Source of the DNA: a virus
Lineage: Duplodnaviria > Caudoviricetes
DNA: 64,000 nucleotides
Virus record (IMG/VR): IMGVR_UViG_3300037761_000271
Span: 1 to 64,000 of that record
Direction: 5' to 3' (one strand)
The notes under the pieces were generated by a model. It searched no databases, was not told the origin of the DNA, and saw only the letters and a list, made by a program, of their open reading frames with translations. The position numbers and the translations under genes were made by a program. This document shows, piece by piece, positions 37,817 through 49,153 of this stretch (the stretch's first letter is position 1; each line of letters opens with the position of its first letter).

Positions 37817-39561
37817 CGACCAGCATCAGTCTCGGCGCCGGGCTTGTGCTTCCGGACGAGGCGGTCACGGAGACATTCGCGGTGCTCGGTAAGCGCGGGT
37901 CCGGGAAGACCACGCTGGCGCGGGTGCTGTGCGAGGAGCTGCTGACCGCGCAGCTTCCGGTCGCGGTGATCGACCCGACCGGGGTGTGGTGGGGGCTGCG
38001 CACGTCGGCGTCGGGCAAGTCGGACGGGTTCCCGGTGGTGATCTTCGGCGGAGACCATGCGGACGTGCCGCTGTCGGACACCGCCGGGACGGTGATTGCT
38101 GACGTGATCGTTCAGCAGCGGGTGCCGGCGGTGCTGGACTTGTCGCTGCTGACCAAGACCGCGGCGCGTCGGTTCTGCACGGACTTTCTGGAGCGGCTGT
38201 ACCACCGCAACCGGGACCCGCTCCACTTGGTGGTGGACGAGGCGGACCTGCTGGCGCCGCAGCGTATACCACCCGGGGCGGAGCGGCTACTCGGCGCGAT
38301 GGACGACGTGGTGCGCCGCGGCCGGGTGCGGGGGCTGGGGGTCACGCTGATCACCCAGCGGCCGGCGGTGTTGAACAAGGACGTGCTCGGTCAGGCGGAG
38401 GTGCTGGTGGCGCTGCGGATGACTGGTCCGCGGGACGTGCAGGCCATCGACGAGTGGGTGCGGCTGCACGCCGATGAGGATGAGGCCCGGGAGCTGAAGG
38501 GCAGCCTGCCGTCGCTGCCGGTGGGCACGGCCTGGTTCTGGTCGCCCGGCTGGCTCGGGCTGCTGCGCCGGATCGAGGTACGCCGGCCACGCACCTACGA
38601 CTCTTCAGCGACGCCGAAGCCGGGCCAGACCCGGCTGCCGGTGAAGCGGATGGCCACGGTGGACCTGCGCGTCCTGGGGGAGCAGATCGCCGCCACCGTG
38701 GAGCGGGCCAAGGCCGAGGACCCGAAGGTGCTGCGGGTGCGGATCGCCGAGCTTGAGCGCGCCCTGGCCGCGGCCAGGGCGGACCTGCCCGAGCCGGAGC
38801 GGGTGGAGGTGTCGGTGCTCACCGACACGAACCTGGCCGATCTGCGGGCCGCCGGCGGGCAGCTGACCGCGGTACGGGACCAGCTGGACCTGGCGGCGCG
38901 GGAGGCGCACGAGCAGATCAGCGCCGCGCTGGAGCGGCTGGCCCCGACCGTGGACGCGATCACCGCCGCCGGCCGTACCCCGGCAGCCGTACCGCCGCCG
39001 GCCCGGCCCGTCTCACCGGTACCACCGGTGCCGCCCGCTTGCCCGCCGCCGAGCCGGCAGCCGCAGGCCGGCGGCGGGGCAGGGGTGGCACTGCCGAAGG
39101 CGCAGCGGGCCGTCCTGACCGTGCTGGCGCAGCACGGCACCCGCACCGTCGTGCAGGTGGCGCTGCTGGCTCGCTACTCGCACAGCTCCGGCGGCTACCG
39201 CAACGCCCTGTCCGCGCTGCGCACGGCGGGGTACATCGAGGGCCGGGGTGAGATCACCGCCACCCCGGAAGGGCTGGAAGCGCTGGGCGACTGGGAGCCG
39301 CTGCCGTCCGGCCGGGCGTTGGTCGACTGGTGGAAGCAGCATCACCTGGGGAAGGCGGAGCGGGCCATCCTCGACGTGCTGGTGGACCGGTACCCGGCTT
39401 CGGTGCCGGTGCAGGACATCGCCGAGTCCACCGGCTACTCCGCAGGTTCGGGCGGGTTCCGCAACTCCTTGTCGCGGCTGCGGTCGCTGGAGTTGGCCTC
39501 CGGTCGGGGTGAGCTGTCGGTCAACCCGACGCTGATGGAGGAGGGCGCAGGTGTGCCATGA
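37813..39561 (+). CDS. HerA/DUF87-like ATPase with C-terminal wHTH-like repeats
   Basis: LGKRGSGKT; IDPTG; VVDEAD; ITQRP. Confidence 0.85.
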   Translation: MTTSISLGAGLVLPDEAVTETFAVLGKRGSGKTTLARVLCEELLTAQLPVAVIDPTGVWWGLRTSASGKSDGFPVVIFGGDHADVPLSDTAGTVIADVIVQQRVPAVLDLSLLTKTAARRFCTDFLERLYHRNRDPLHLVVDEADLLAPQRIPPGAERLLGAMDDVVRRGRVRGLGVTLITQRPAVLNKDVLGQAEVLVALRMTGPRDVQAIDEWVRLHADEDEARELKGSLPSLPVGTAWFWSPGWLGLLRRIEVRRPRTYDSSATPKPGQTRLPVKRMATVDLRVLGEQIAATVERAKAEDPKVLRVRIAELERALAAARADLPEPERVEVSVLTDTNLADLRAAGGQLTAVRDQLDLAAREAHEQISAALERLAPTVDAITAAGRTPAAVPPPARPVSPVPPVPPACPPPSRQPQAGGGAGVALPKAQRAVLTVLAQHGTRTVVQVALLARYSHSSGGYRNALSALRTAGYIEGRGEITATPEGLEALGDWEPLPSGRALVDWWKQHHLGKAERAILDVLVDRYPASVPVQDIAESTGYSAGSGGFRNSLSRLRSLELASGRGELSVNPTLMEEGAGVP

Positions 39562-39797
39562 CCACCGAGCCGACCGTGCGCTGCAACCGCTGCCGCAGAG
39601 TGCTCTCCGACCCGCGGTGGTGCGCTGTCGGGTTGGGCCGGGTGTGCGCGGCCCGGCTGGGGCTGGTGCTGCGCTCCGAGCTGCGGCGCCGGATACGGGT
39701 GCGGGCCGGTGGGGGAGTGGGGGAGCCGGTGCTGGACGGGCTCGCGGAGCTGATGGAAGAGATCGACGAGAGCGAGGGGACATGGGTGGGAAGGTGA
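39558..39797 (+). CDS. DUF6011-like zinc-finger protein
   Basis: CNRCRRVLSDPRWCAVGLGRVC. Confidence 0.75.
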   Translation: MTTEPTVRCNRCRRVLSDPRWCAVGLGRVCAARLGLVLRSELRRRIRVRAGGGVGEPVLDGLAELMEEIDESEGTWVGR

Positions 39798-39798
39798 G

Positions 39799-41952
39799 GT
39801 GGCAGGCCCGCCGGGGGGCGCTCGCCAGCTGGCTGGCGTGGGTTGGGCTGTGGACATTGCTCGGCTGGGCCGCGCTCGGCTGGCTGGTCGCCCTGGTGCT
39901 GCTGGGCCTCGGTGCCGTGGACGCCGGCCTTGGGGCGTTCGGGGTATGGATTGTCGCGGTGCTGCTGCTGATGGCGGTGGTGTTCAGCCATGACTGACCT
40001 ACGTGAGCCGGGCCGGGTCCGGCTGATCACACTGGCCGTCGATCATGTGGCGCTGGCGTGCGTCCGGTGCGGGGAGTCGCTGGGGTGGGCGTCGGCCCGG
40101 CCGCCGTACCGGGTGCTGGAGTTCGGCCTGGTGGAGCTGGCCGCGATGCTGGCCGGCCACCGGTGCGCCGGCGGGGTGGTCGAGTGGTGAGCACCTTGAC
40201 CGCCCCACCTGCCGAGCTGTGCACCTGGGAATGGGGCGGCATCACCTGGTGCCCGGAACGCGCCTACCACCGTTGCACCCGGCCAGCCAGTCACCTCACC
40301 CCGCACCGCTGCGGGTGCGGCACTACCGCCAGACGAGAGGACGCGAGCTGATGGCCTGGAGCATCACACCCAACCCGGACGGCACCTGGTCATGGTCCGC
40401 GTTCCAGTCCGCGTACGGCGCGGCGTCCGGCACCGCGCCCACCTTCGCCGCGGCGAAGGTGGAGCTGGCGATCGCCGAGGCCGCGATCTGCGGGACCCCG
40501 TACCCGCCGTCGGTCGAGCGGGCGATGCGCGTAGACCCGGCCTGGTTCGCCGCCGACTTCCCGGACCCCACCACCACCACCACCCGAGAGGACACGCCTG
40601 AGCATGGCAACCCGCGACGAACTGGTCGCCGCTGCGACCGAGATCCACGACCGTGAGGGCTGCGCCTGTGACCGCCGGTACCTGATGAGCTGCACACGGC
40701 TGGCCGCCGCGGTCCTGCGAGCCGGTGCCGAGATGCGCGACCGGGAGGCGATCGACCGATGACCGCCACCGACCAGTCGCCGGCCGGGAGGGCCCGCCCG
40801 GACGCACGGGCTGGTTTCCGCAGCGATCCGAGCTATGGGAGAGGACCGAGGATGACCACCCACAAGCCGCCACCACCACCACCGAGCAAGCCGCCGGACC
40901 AGCCCAAGCCGCAGCCGACCACGGCATCCCATGGTGTCGGCGCCGTCTTCCCGCACGTCGCCGGCCGTTGCCCTGCCTGCCGGGGCAGCTCGCTGTTCCG
41001 GGGCGAGGCCGGGCATGTCACCTGCTCACGGCTGGACTGCCCGGACCCGTGCGCGGCCGATGACCTGCTACACGCCGACCGGCCGGAGCTGCTGGTGGAC
41101 CCGGCCGCCGCCCAGGTGCTGGCCGCGGCGCGGGCGTGGTGGGATTCCCTGAGCCCTGACGGCCGGGAGCACCTGAGGCACGCCAGCGCCGACGGGGCGC
41201 TCAAAGCGCTCGCGGCCGCCATGGACGCGCTCGGGGACACCACCGAGGCCGAGCATGACCGCCGCATGGCCGCGGGCGAGCCGGTGCTGGTGGTCGGCAC
41301 CCCGCCGCCGTGGCGGGTGGAGGCCGCACCGCCGCCGACGGCCGGCACACCGTCGGAGCCGGCCGGGCGTGACCACCACTGGATTGAGCCCGAGCAGGCG
41401 GTGGGCTCGACACCGCCGTGGCGCAAGGAGCCGGTCGCTACGGCCAATTTGGCCGTAGCTAGCCACGGATTGGCCGAGGTGCTCATGCGGCTGCGGGTTG
41501 CTCTGGACGCCGGCCAGGACGTGCCCGACGCGGACCTGGTGCCCCTGGCCGGCACCCACCGGGAGGCGCTGGCCCGCGCCGTCCGGGCCAACGAGGAGCA
41601 GACCGCTGAGGCGGAGCGGCTACGGGCCGAGCTGGCCAGGGTGCGGCGGGAGCTGGCCGAGGTGCAGGGCCGGGTGGAGGATTACCGCCGCGATGCCTGG
41701 GACCGGACGGCAGCGGTCGACGCCCTCCGCGCCGAGCTGGCCACCGCCCGCCGGGACGCCGAGCTGTGGGAGCGGGCCGCCGGGGACATGGAGGCCCGGG
41801 ACCGGCACGCCGCCGCCGACACGCTCGACTGGGCCGCCGGAGAGTGGCACCGTACGGCAGTCGGCACCAACGAGTGGCCCACCCGGGATCAGCTCCACCA
41901 GTGGGCCACCGAGATCCGCGCCGGCACCCGCAGCATTGGAGATGTCAGGTGA
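39799..41952 (+). CDS. Coupled hypothetical genes (including 39990-40190, 40187-40351, 40351-40656, 40604-40762, 40759-41952)
   Basis: Overlapping starts/stops. Confidence 0.5.
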
Positions 41953-42695
41953 CGGCCGTGCGAATCCCACTGCATCATGGTCTGTTTCTGCTAGTCGATG
42001 ATGCCGATGCGGAAGCTGTCTCCCAGTTCAGGTGGCGTCCTGTGACGAAGCGGGAAACCTACTACGCACGACGACGCTTCCTGGAACCTGATGGGGATTC
42101 CGTGCGAGAGCGAGGTCAGTTCGTGCACACCTTCTTGACCCGATGGCCGATGGTTGACCACATCAACGGCAACGGCCTGGACAACCGGCGCTGCAACTTA
42201 CGACCTGCGACTGAATCACAGAACCAAGCCAATCGCAAAAAGACCAGGGGAACATCTCGCTACAAGGGCGTTGTTTGGGACACGTCGAGGCTTAGGTGGC
42301 TAGCGAGGATTTACCCGCAGGGGAAGCAGATCAAGCTTGGCCGCTTCATGTCGGAGGAGGATGCAGCGCTCGCCTACGACGATGCAGCGCGCCGCTACTT
42401 CGGTGACTACGCTGCCCTGAACTTTCCGCGTCCTGGCGAGCAGTCGGCCCTTGACAGGGTGGCGCCGGTAGCCAGGGGGCTTCCCTTGGTCGGCCGTGGG
42501 ATCAGGGGTCACCGCCTTGTACGCGTCGCCGCCAAGGAATATCAATGCTCCTGCGGATGCCCACTTGTCTTCGCCCCGCACGGAAAGAGTCAGACTCGCG
42601 CTAGGGAAGCAATGAAGGCACACTGCCAAGACCTCCTCAAGGTCCGCCCCGTCCCCGGCAGCCAGCAGCCGGACGGAGGTGGCGACGATGGGTGA
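41949..42695 (+). CDS. HNH-AP2 homing endonuclease
   Basis: VDHINGNGLDNRRCNLR; SRYKGV...LGRF...AALAYD; lower GC than neighbours. Confidence 0.92.
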   Translation: MTAVRIPLHHGLFLLVDDADAEAVSQFRWRPVTKRETYYARRRFLEPDGDSVRERGQFVHTFLTRWPMVDHINGNGLDNRRCNLRPATESQNQANRKKTRGTSRYKGVVWDTSRLRWLARIYPQGKQIKLGRFMSEEDAALAYDDAARRYFGDYAALNFPRPGEQSALDRVAPVARGLPLVGRGIRGHRLVRVAAKEYQCSCGCPLVFAPHGKSQTRAREAMKAHCQDLLKVRPVPGSQQPDGGGDDG

Positions 42696-43005
42696 ACCGG
42701 CCTGCGACCTGATCTCGTACACCGAGCTGGCCGACCTGCTTGAGCAGCTTCCGCTGCTGGTCCGCGAGGCTCGCCGCGCCCGCCGGCTGACCATGCACCA
42801 GGCCGCCGAGCAGATCGGGGTGGCCGCGTCCACGGTGATGCGGCTGGAGCACGGCGAGGGTGGCGACCGGGCGGTTGCGGTGCTGGTGCTGCGCTGGCTG
42901 GACAGGTCCGGCAGCCCGGAGCCGGCCCCGGACCAGCCCGAGCAGTGGATCACCACCGACCGGGTGCGTAACCCCCGGCTACCGAGACGGGAGGCCGAAC
43001 GATGA
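42688..43005 (+). CDS. XRE HTH protein
   Basis: VREARRARRLTMHQAAEQIGVAASTVMRLEHG. Confidence 0.8.
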   Translation: MGEPACDLISYTELADLLEQLPLLVREARRARRLTMHQAAEQIGVAASTVMRLEHGEGGDRAVAVLVLRWLDRSGSPEPAPDQPEQWITTDRVRNPRLPRREAER

Positions 43006-45683
43006 TCACGCTGCTGAGCATCTGGGGATGGCTGCTGATCGGCGCCGTCATCGGCCGGGTGGCGTTCGTGCGGATCTTGGGCGACCAGCCACGCCGCGGT
43101 TTGGTCGATCGGAAGGATGATTGCGGCAGGCGGTACACGGCAGAGATTGGGTGGACGGACGCCTTCGGTCGCGCCCTGTGGGCTGGCATCGCCTGCGTCG
43201 TCGCCTGGCCGCTGGCGCTGCCGCTGCTGCTGATGCTCGCCCACACCGGCGCCGAGAAGCTGCGCGCCAAGCGTGAGCGGCTGGCCGCCGAGGTGGCTCG
43301 GTTGGAGCGGGAGGCCGACGACGATGTCGGCTGACCGCTACGATCCCGCCACCGTGAGGCTGGTGGCCGAGGTGCTGCACCAGGAAGGATGCGAGGACCC
43401 GTGTCCAGGCAACTGTGCGAGCGACGCCGTGGCGGTGCTGAACGCACTCACCGCCGCCGGCAAGCTCCGCCGCAGCCCGTACGCCGCCGATGGTGAGCCG
43501 CGCTGCGGTGAGCCATACCCGGGTGACGGCCCGCCGTGCCAGCTCCGCCCCGGCCACGACGCCCACGCCCGGCCGGCATCGGGCGGGTTCGACGCCTGGA
43601 GGCGCGAAGATGCCTGAGCAGCCGTTCACCGACGCCGATCTGGACGCCGTGAAGGTGCTGATCGCCCACCAGCGCCTTGACATCGGCAGTTGCATATGCG
43701 GCTGGGGTGTCGATACGGGCGACCTGGGCCGTGACCACTCGCTGCACATCTGGCGGGAGCTGCAACGCGTGGCGCTACCTGCCTACGATGCCCGGGTCCG
43801 GGCCCGGGCCGGGGAGGATGCCGCTCGGGGGGAGCGGTGGCGTGTCGGCACCTCCCCGGGCACCCACGGCCGCACCATCTACCGGCACATGCCGGACGGT
43901 CCGGAGCGGGGGAAGCTGATCGGGCTGATGGACACCAGAGAAGATGCCGCGCTGGCGGTAGAGGCGGTCAACCACCAGCTCCACGCCACCGGCTGGCGGT
44001 GGGAGTACGGAGTGGAGATGGTGTGGCCAGACGGGCGGAGTCACGTGGACCTGCGTGGCAGCCGGGAGGCGGCCGAGGGTGTGCTGGCTGCGCAGGCGGA
44101 GATCACGGGCAACGTGGTGACCTCCCGGCTGGTCCGCCGGCTGCTTACCTTCGGCCTGGTGGAGGAGGTGCCTGACGGTGACTGAGGTCGGACTGCCACC
44201 GGCCCAGATGGGGGAAGCCTGCCGCAACTGTGGACGGGCAATCCGGGCCGGGAACACCTCGACTGGTTGGACCCACGTCGGCGGCTGGCAGGGTGTGCGG
44301 TGCCCGGGGGATCTGTGTGGGGCGGCGCCCCGGCGCAGCCCGGAGGATGTGCTGGAGCGGGTGGACGCTGCGGTGGAGGGCCGCTGCCCCTGTGGCGCGG
44401 ACCCGCGGCCAGGGTCGGCGTGGTGCTCACCTGATTGCGAGCCGACCCACCGTGGCCCGGATACCGACGCGTGGGGTTCGGGGCCTCCGACCGCCGCCCG
44501 CTGGCGGCCGGACCTGGTGACCGTCTTCGACGACACCGGCCTGACCCTGCTGGACTCCACCCACCGGGACGACACGGGCCTGGACTACCGGGTCTACACC
44601 GACTCGGAGTCTGTCCGGGCGTTCCTGCGGGTGGATGACGGGCACCGGTTCGTCGGGTTGGAGGTGCCGTGGTCGGAGCTGGAGGCGTCGGGTCCGTCCG
44701 GGTCGTTCCGCCGGTTGGAGCGGGAGCTGGGCGACCGGCGCAGGCTCGACCCCGAGCCCAGCCTGCCGCCTGCCCCGCTGCCGGTCGGGCAGACGACCGA
44801 GGAGTTCGCGGCGGCGGCAACAGCTTGGCATCGGTTACTATGGATACCAAACCCTCCGGCCGACCCTGACGCGCCAACTCCGGCAGAGCTAGCTGGCGGC
44901 GTGGACCTGACGCCCAATGTGGCGGCCGTGTACCGGGAGCGGGTTCCTCGCTACTCCCCGGCAGGCCAGTCTTCGACCGGCATGTGGGTGGATGAGGCCC
45001 GTCGGCTATTCGGGATCCCGGTGGTGGTTAGCCCGAACGTGCCACCCGACCAGGTGCTGGTGGTGGGCGAGGGCGGTCAGCGGACGATCCTGACTGCCGA
45101 CCCGGACCGGCTCGGCCGGGCGGTGGCCGGGACGTTGCGCACCCGCCGCCGCTGGCGTGAGGCGGTCGTGTGGTTCACGGCCTGGCTGATCGCTACTCCG
45201 CTGTGGGCCTGGCTGATGATGGTGGTTGCCGGTGCCGGGCTGGGCGACCGTCACCCGTACTGGGCCTGGCTGCTGCTGGCCGGTGTGGTCCCACCGGCCT
45301 GTGAGGCGATCAGCCGACTGTGGCGACTCGGGAAGGTCCGCTGGCGCCGCCGCCGGCCGCGGGTCAACCTGCGGGTGGACACTAGCCAGTACGAGGAGGG
45401 CATGGCCCAGGCGTCGGAAGCGTTCCGCCGGGCGGGTGAGCAGATCGCCACGGCCGGCCCGCCGATCCGCGCCGTCGGTGCAGCCGCCGCCGGGCTCGGT
45501 CGGGCGGTCGCCGCGGCGGTGCAGGCCGAGTCGGACCGGGTGGCGCTGCGGGCGGTCTGCTCCGATGAGGCGATGTACGAGCGGGCGCTAGTCGCAGCCG
45601 AGGAGCGCGGTGTGTCGGTGCAGCAGATGTTCTGCGCGGTGGCCGAGGGCCGGTACACCGACAGCGGGTGGTCCGAGTCGTGA
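43002..45683 (+). CDS. Coupled hypothetical genes (43002-43334, 43324-43617, 43610-44185, 44178-45683)
   Basis: Overlapping ORFs; TM segments in the first and last. Confidence 0.55.
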
Positions 45684-46225
45684 ACCGGCACCAGCGTACG
45701 GCGATCGACCGGCACTGCCGCCTGTCGATCGAGACGATGCACCCACGCTTCGGCCGGGCGCTGCCCAACGGGCTGTCGGTCGTATTGACGGTCAACTCGG
45801 GGTACGAATGACTGGAGGCGTTGGCGCCTGGTCAGGCGCATCCGGAGCGAACCGACGCTCATGGCTTCGGCCGTCAGGTGTCCGGTCCGCCTGTCGGCGT
45901 CCTGGCCCCTGGGCCGGTCTGGCACGCGAGCGTGGCGACCCGGCAGCCGATCCCGATCCCGGCGATGCTGGAGCGGGAGGCCGTACGGCAGCTACAGGGC
46001 GTCGGCGATCCGTCCCTCGGCGAGTGGCGGGAGTGGTCGGGCCGGGCGTTCCACCTCCGGCGGCGGCTGTCGGCTCGCGAGCAGCGGACGGTGGGGCCGG
46101 TGGTTGACGTGCGCGGCACACCTGAGGCGGCCCGGCGGGCGGAGGTGCTGGGGGATCTGCTGCGGCACGCGCCACCCGAGGTGCTGGTCGACGAGCTAGG
46201 CCCGGAACTAGCTGATAACGGCTGA
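45680..46225 (+). pseudogene. Phage gene with in-frame TGA at 45809-45811
   Basis: VNRHQ...NSGYE*LEALAPG...WHASV...GVGD...GEW is one continuous frame. Confidence 0.6.
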
Positions 46226-46315
46226 AACCTGCGCAGGTTGAGCGATGGTCGGATCGGCCGCGGGAATGAGGGTCCCGGTAGGCTGGCGTGATTCACGATG
46301 TACGTGGGTAGCGAC

Positions 46316-47299
46316 TCACCTTCCGAACATGTCCAGGGCGATGATGAATGACGGGTGCCGGGCCGGGTCGAATCCGGACCGGTTGTACAGGCTGGTGGTG
46401 CGTGCGTCCTCATGGCCGGCTGCGTCCTTGAGGTCGGCGAGTGGGATGCCCAGTTCGTGCCCGCGGGTGATGTAGGCGTGCCGCAGCGTGTGAGGTCCGA
46501 TGGGCGACTCAATACCTGCCCGCTGACCCAGCCGGCGGAGGGTCTTCCACGCGGCCTTCCGATCGAGTCGGCGCCCGCTCTCCGTAGCCAGCAGCGGACC
46601 CCCCTTGCGCCCCTCCACCATCGGCTGCACCCGCTGCCAGGCCGGCGGAGACAGCGGCACGTCCTCTTCCTTGTCGCCTTTGCGGGTGACGTGCACGAAC
46701 CGGACGCCCTTGCGGGGTGGGGTGATGTCCTCAACGTTGGCGCCCAGCGCTTCGGAGACCCGCAGGCAGGCCATCACCAGCAGCGCGACCAGCGCGGCCG
46801 TGCGGGGGCTGTCAGCGTCGGCTGCCGCGACCAGCGCCCGGACCTCGGCAGGTTCGAGGTAGGGCTGACGGGATGTGCGCTTGGCCTTCGGCCGGTCCTG
46901 CGGCGGCACTGGGTTGCGGTCGGTCTTCTGGTCGGAGATGGCCCGGCGGTAGTAGCTGGAGATCGCGGCCATGTGCCGGGCGACGGACCGGCGGGCCAGC
47001 GGCCGGGGTTTGCGGGAGGCCGGGTTGCCGACCGTCTCCAGCGCGGTGGTGTATGCCTCAAGGTCGGACCGTTGGGCGTCGAACGGCGGTACCCCGGTGG
47101 CCACGCACCACAGACGCCAAGATCGCCACACGGCGGCGTACTGCGCTTTGGTGTCTGGCGCGAACCGGGGGCTGCGCAGCCACACGCCGGCCTGCGCGTC
47201 GGCCCGGGTCCACGGGTCGTCGCCGTTGAGCGCGTCCTGCTCGGCCTGACGGGCTGCGGCAAGGCTGCCGACGACGACCGGAAGGTTGCTCTCCACCAT
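46316..47299 (-). CDS. Tyrosine recombinase/integrase
   Basis: CLRVSEAL; KGDK; HTLRHAY; AGHED..TTSLY. Confidence 0.93.
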   Translation of the reverse strand: MVESNLPVVVGSLAAARQAEQDALNGDDPWTRADAQAGVWLRSPRFAPDTKAQYAAVWRSWRLWCVATGVPPFDAQRSDLEAYTTALETVGNPASRKPRPLARRSVARHMAAISSYYRRAISDQKTDRNPVPPQDRPKAKRTSRQPYLEPAEVRALVAAADADSPRTAALVALLVMACLRVSEALGANVEDITPPRKGVRFVHVTRKGDKEEDVPLSPPAWQRVQPMVEGRKGGPLLATESGRRLDRKAAWKTLRRLGQRAGIESPIGPHTLRHAYITRGHELGIPLADLKDAAGHEDARTTSLYNRSGFDPARHPSFIIALDMFGR

Positions 47300-47347
47300 G
47301 GTCCAGACCGTACCACTAAATCAGAGTTTCGTGGTATCGTCGTACGC

Positions 47348-47968
47348 GTGTCGAGTATCCATGAGGACATGGCCGAGGCCATGCATCGCGAGTTCATGAG
47401 CACCCGGGACGGCGCGACGGCGCTTCAGGTTTACGTTCAAGGACTCACCGAGGGCCGATGGGACGACAGCTACCTAGAGCAGGTGGGCCAACAGCACCGC
47501 GGTATCAGATCGCGGTGGTCGATCCAGGAGATCGCCGCATTCGCCCACCTCCACAGCGCACTCATGGCCGGCAATATGTTCGAGGTAGAGATTAGCGCCC
47601 GTGGCGAGCCCGGACCGGACTCCGACCGCGAGGGGAACGCGGCGAAAATCGGTCAACTGCCGGGACCCTTCGTGGCCACCGTCAGCCGGAGCCAGAGGAA
47701 CGCTGACCAGGACGGTTGGCTCTACTGGGACGAGCCGATCAAGATGGAGAAGTCGGTCAACGTCCCTTACACCGACGGCGTGCATGGCACCCAGCCGATC
47801 AGGTGCGTGGTCGACGTTCCGCCGGGCCGGGTGCCACTGGAGATCGGCACAACCAAGCCAAGCCGTACTCTCCTCCATTGCCGGATGGACGGTGGCGTGG
47901 CCCGCTGGCCGTACGGCCACAACCGGCTCATCCTGTTCATGTCCGCCATGCAGCTACCTACCGGGTAG
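47348..47968 (+). CDS. Hypothetical moron-like protein
   Basis: Lower-GC ORF divergent from the tyrosine recombinase; TATCGT -10 just upstream. Confidence 0.55.
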   Translation: MSSIHEDMAEAMHREFMSTRDGATALQVYVQGLTEGRWDDSYLEQVGQQHRGIRSRWSIQEIAAFAHLHSALMAGNMFEVEISARGEPGPDSDREGNAAKIGQLPGPFVATVSRSQRNADQDGWLYWDEPIKMEKSVNVPYTDGVHGTQPIRCVVDVPPGRVPLEIGTTKPSRTLLHCRMDGGVARWPYGHNRLILFMSAMQLPTG

Positions 47969-48086
47969 GCTGCGGGTGGACGGCGGCGGCCCGGGTGTGC
48001 ATCCCGGGCCGCCAGCGTATCCCCCGCCACTCCCCCGTGGTCGGCTGTCGACCAGCCTACCGCCAGATGTGAACGGGGACCCGCCG

Positions 48087-49022
48087 ATGCATCCTGCTGC
48101 TGCGTCTTCACGCTTTGCCGACGAACCGCGTGGCGGCTCGTGCCCGGCCTGCCGCCGGCGGGACCCGAAGATGGGGCTGGTGTGCGACCCGTGCTGGGAC
48201 TGGCTGCCTACCGCCCTGTCCGGGGTCGGGAGCCGTTACCGGCAGCTTCCCGCCTACCTGGTGCCATCGGACCAGGTAGGCGAGCGGGTGTCCGGCACCC
48301 CGGACCCGGCGGCTCCGCTGAACTTGGACGTGGAGGACCTGCTGACCCGGGTGGTGCGCCTGGGTGGGCAGCCGGTCGACGGGGTGACCGTGGCGCTGGC
48401 CCCGGCCACCGAGCTGGAGTTGGCACGTAAGCGGATGGCCACCTTCGACCCGCAGTCCGCCGAGCACACCTGGTGGTGGGTGGAGGCGTACGAGCGGCGG
48501 CCGGTGCTTGGCCTGGACGGTCAGCCGGTGCTCCGCCCGATCGCCGACCAGGTGGGCTACCTGCCGGTGGCGCAGGTGCTCGACTCGTGGGCCAGGGAGT
48601 GGGTGGAGATGCGTGGTATGCGGGAACATCACCCGTCCCCGACGGTGGCGGTGCTGGTCGACTGGCTGGCCGCCCGGCTGGACTGGGCCTGCCGCCGCTT
48701 CGGTGCGGTCGGCGACTTCGCCGAGAGCATGCGTACCCTCCGCGGGCAGCTCATGTCGGTGCTGGGCGAGTTCGACCCGCCGCCGCAGCCGTGCGACGGG
48801 GTGCAGTGCAAACGCTGCGATCGGCGGGAGCTGTTCGTGGTCCCGGATGGCTCCGGCGACAGAGCCTGCGCCAACGAATCGTGCATGCGTGTCTATCGGG
48901 AGGAGGAGTTTCACGACTGGGTGCGGCACCTAGCCGGGTATGAGCGGTCCCGCCGCACTGCGGAGGAGATCCGGGAGCTGCTGCACCCCTCATACCGCCG
49001 ACCCGACCCGGATACGGCCTGA
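48087..49022 (+). CDS. Zinc-finger protein, putative late regulator
   Basis: CPAC..CDPC at the N-terminus; CKRC..CANESC at the C-terminus. Confidence 0.65.
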   Translation: MHPAAASSRFADEPRGGSCPACRRRDPKMGLVCDPCWDWLPTALSGVGSRYRQLPAYLVPSDQVGERVSGTPDPAAPLNLDVEDLLTRVVRLGGQPVDGVTVALAPATELELARKRMATFDPQSAEHTWWWVEAYERRPVLGLDGQPVLRPIADQVGYLPVAQVLDSWAREWVEMRGMREHHPSPTVAVLVDWLAARLDWACRRFGAVGDFAESMRTLRGQLMSVLGEFDPPPQPCDGVQCKRCDRRELFVVPDGSGDRACANESCMRVYREEEFHDWVRHLAGYERSRRTAEEIRELLHPSYRRPDPDTA

Positions 49023-49153
49023 CCAGCGTGTCGGCCCCACCCCACTTGCCCATTCGCGATCACGGGCGTTACTCTGCGGGTGGATTCCTGTGCCCACTTC
49101 CGCCCCGACTCCTGCTGGTCGGGGTGTTGTCGTGCCCGCCGCCGGGGGTGTTC

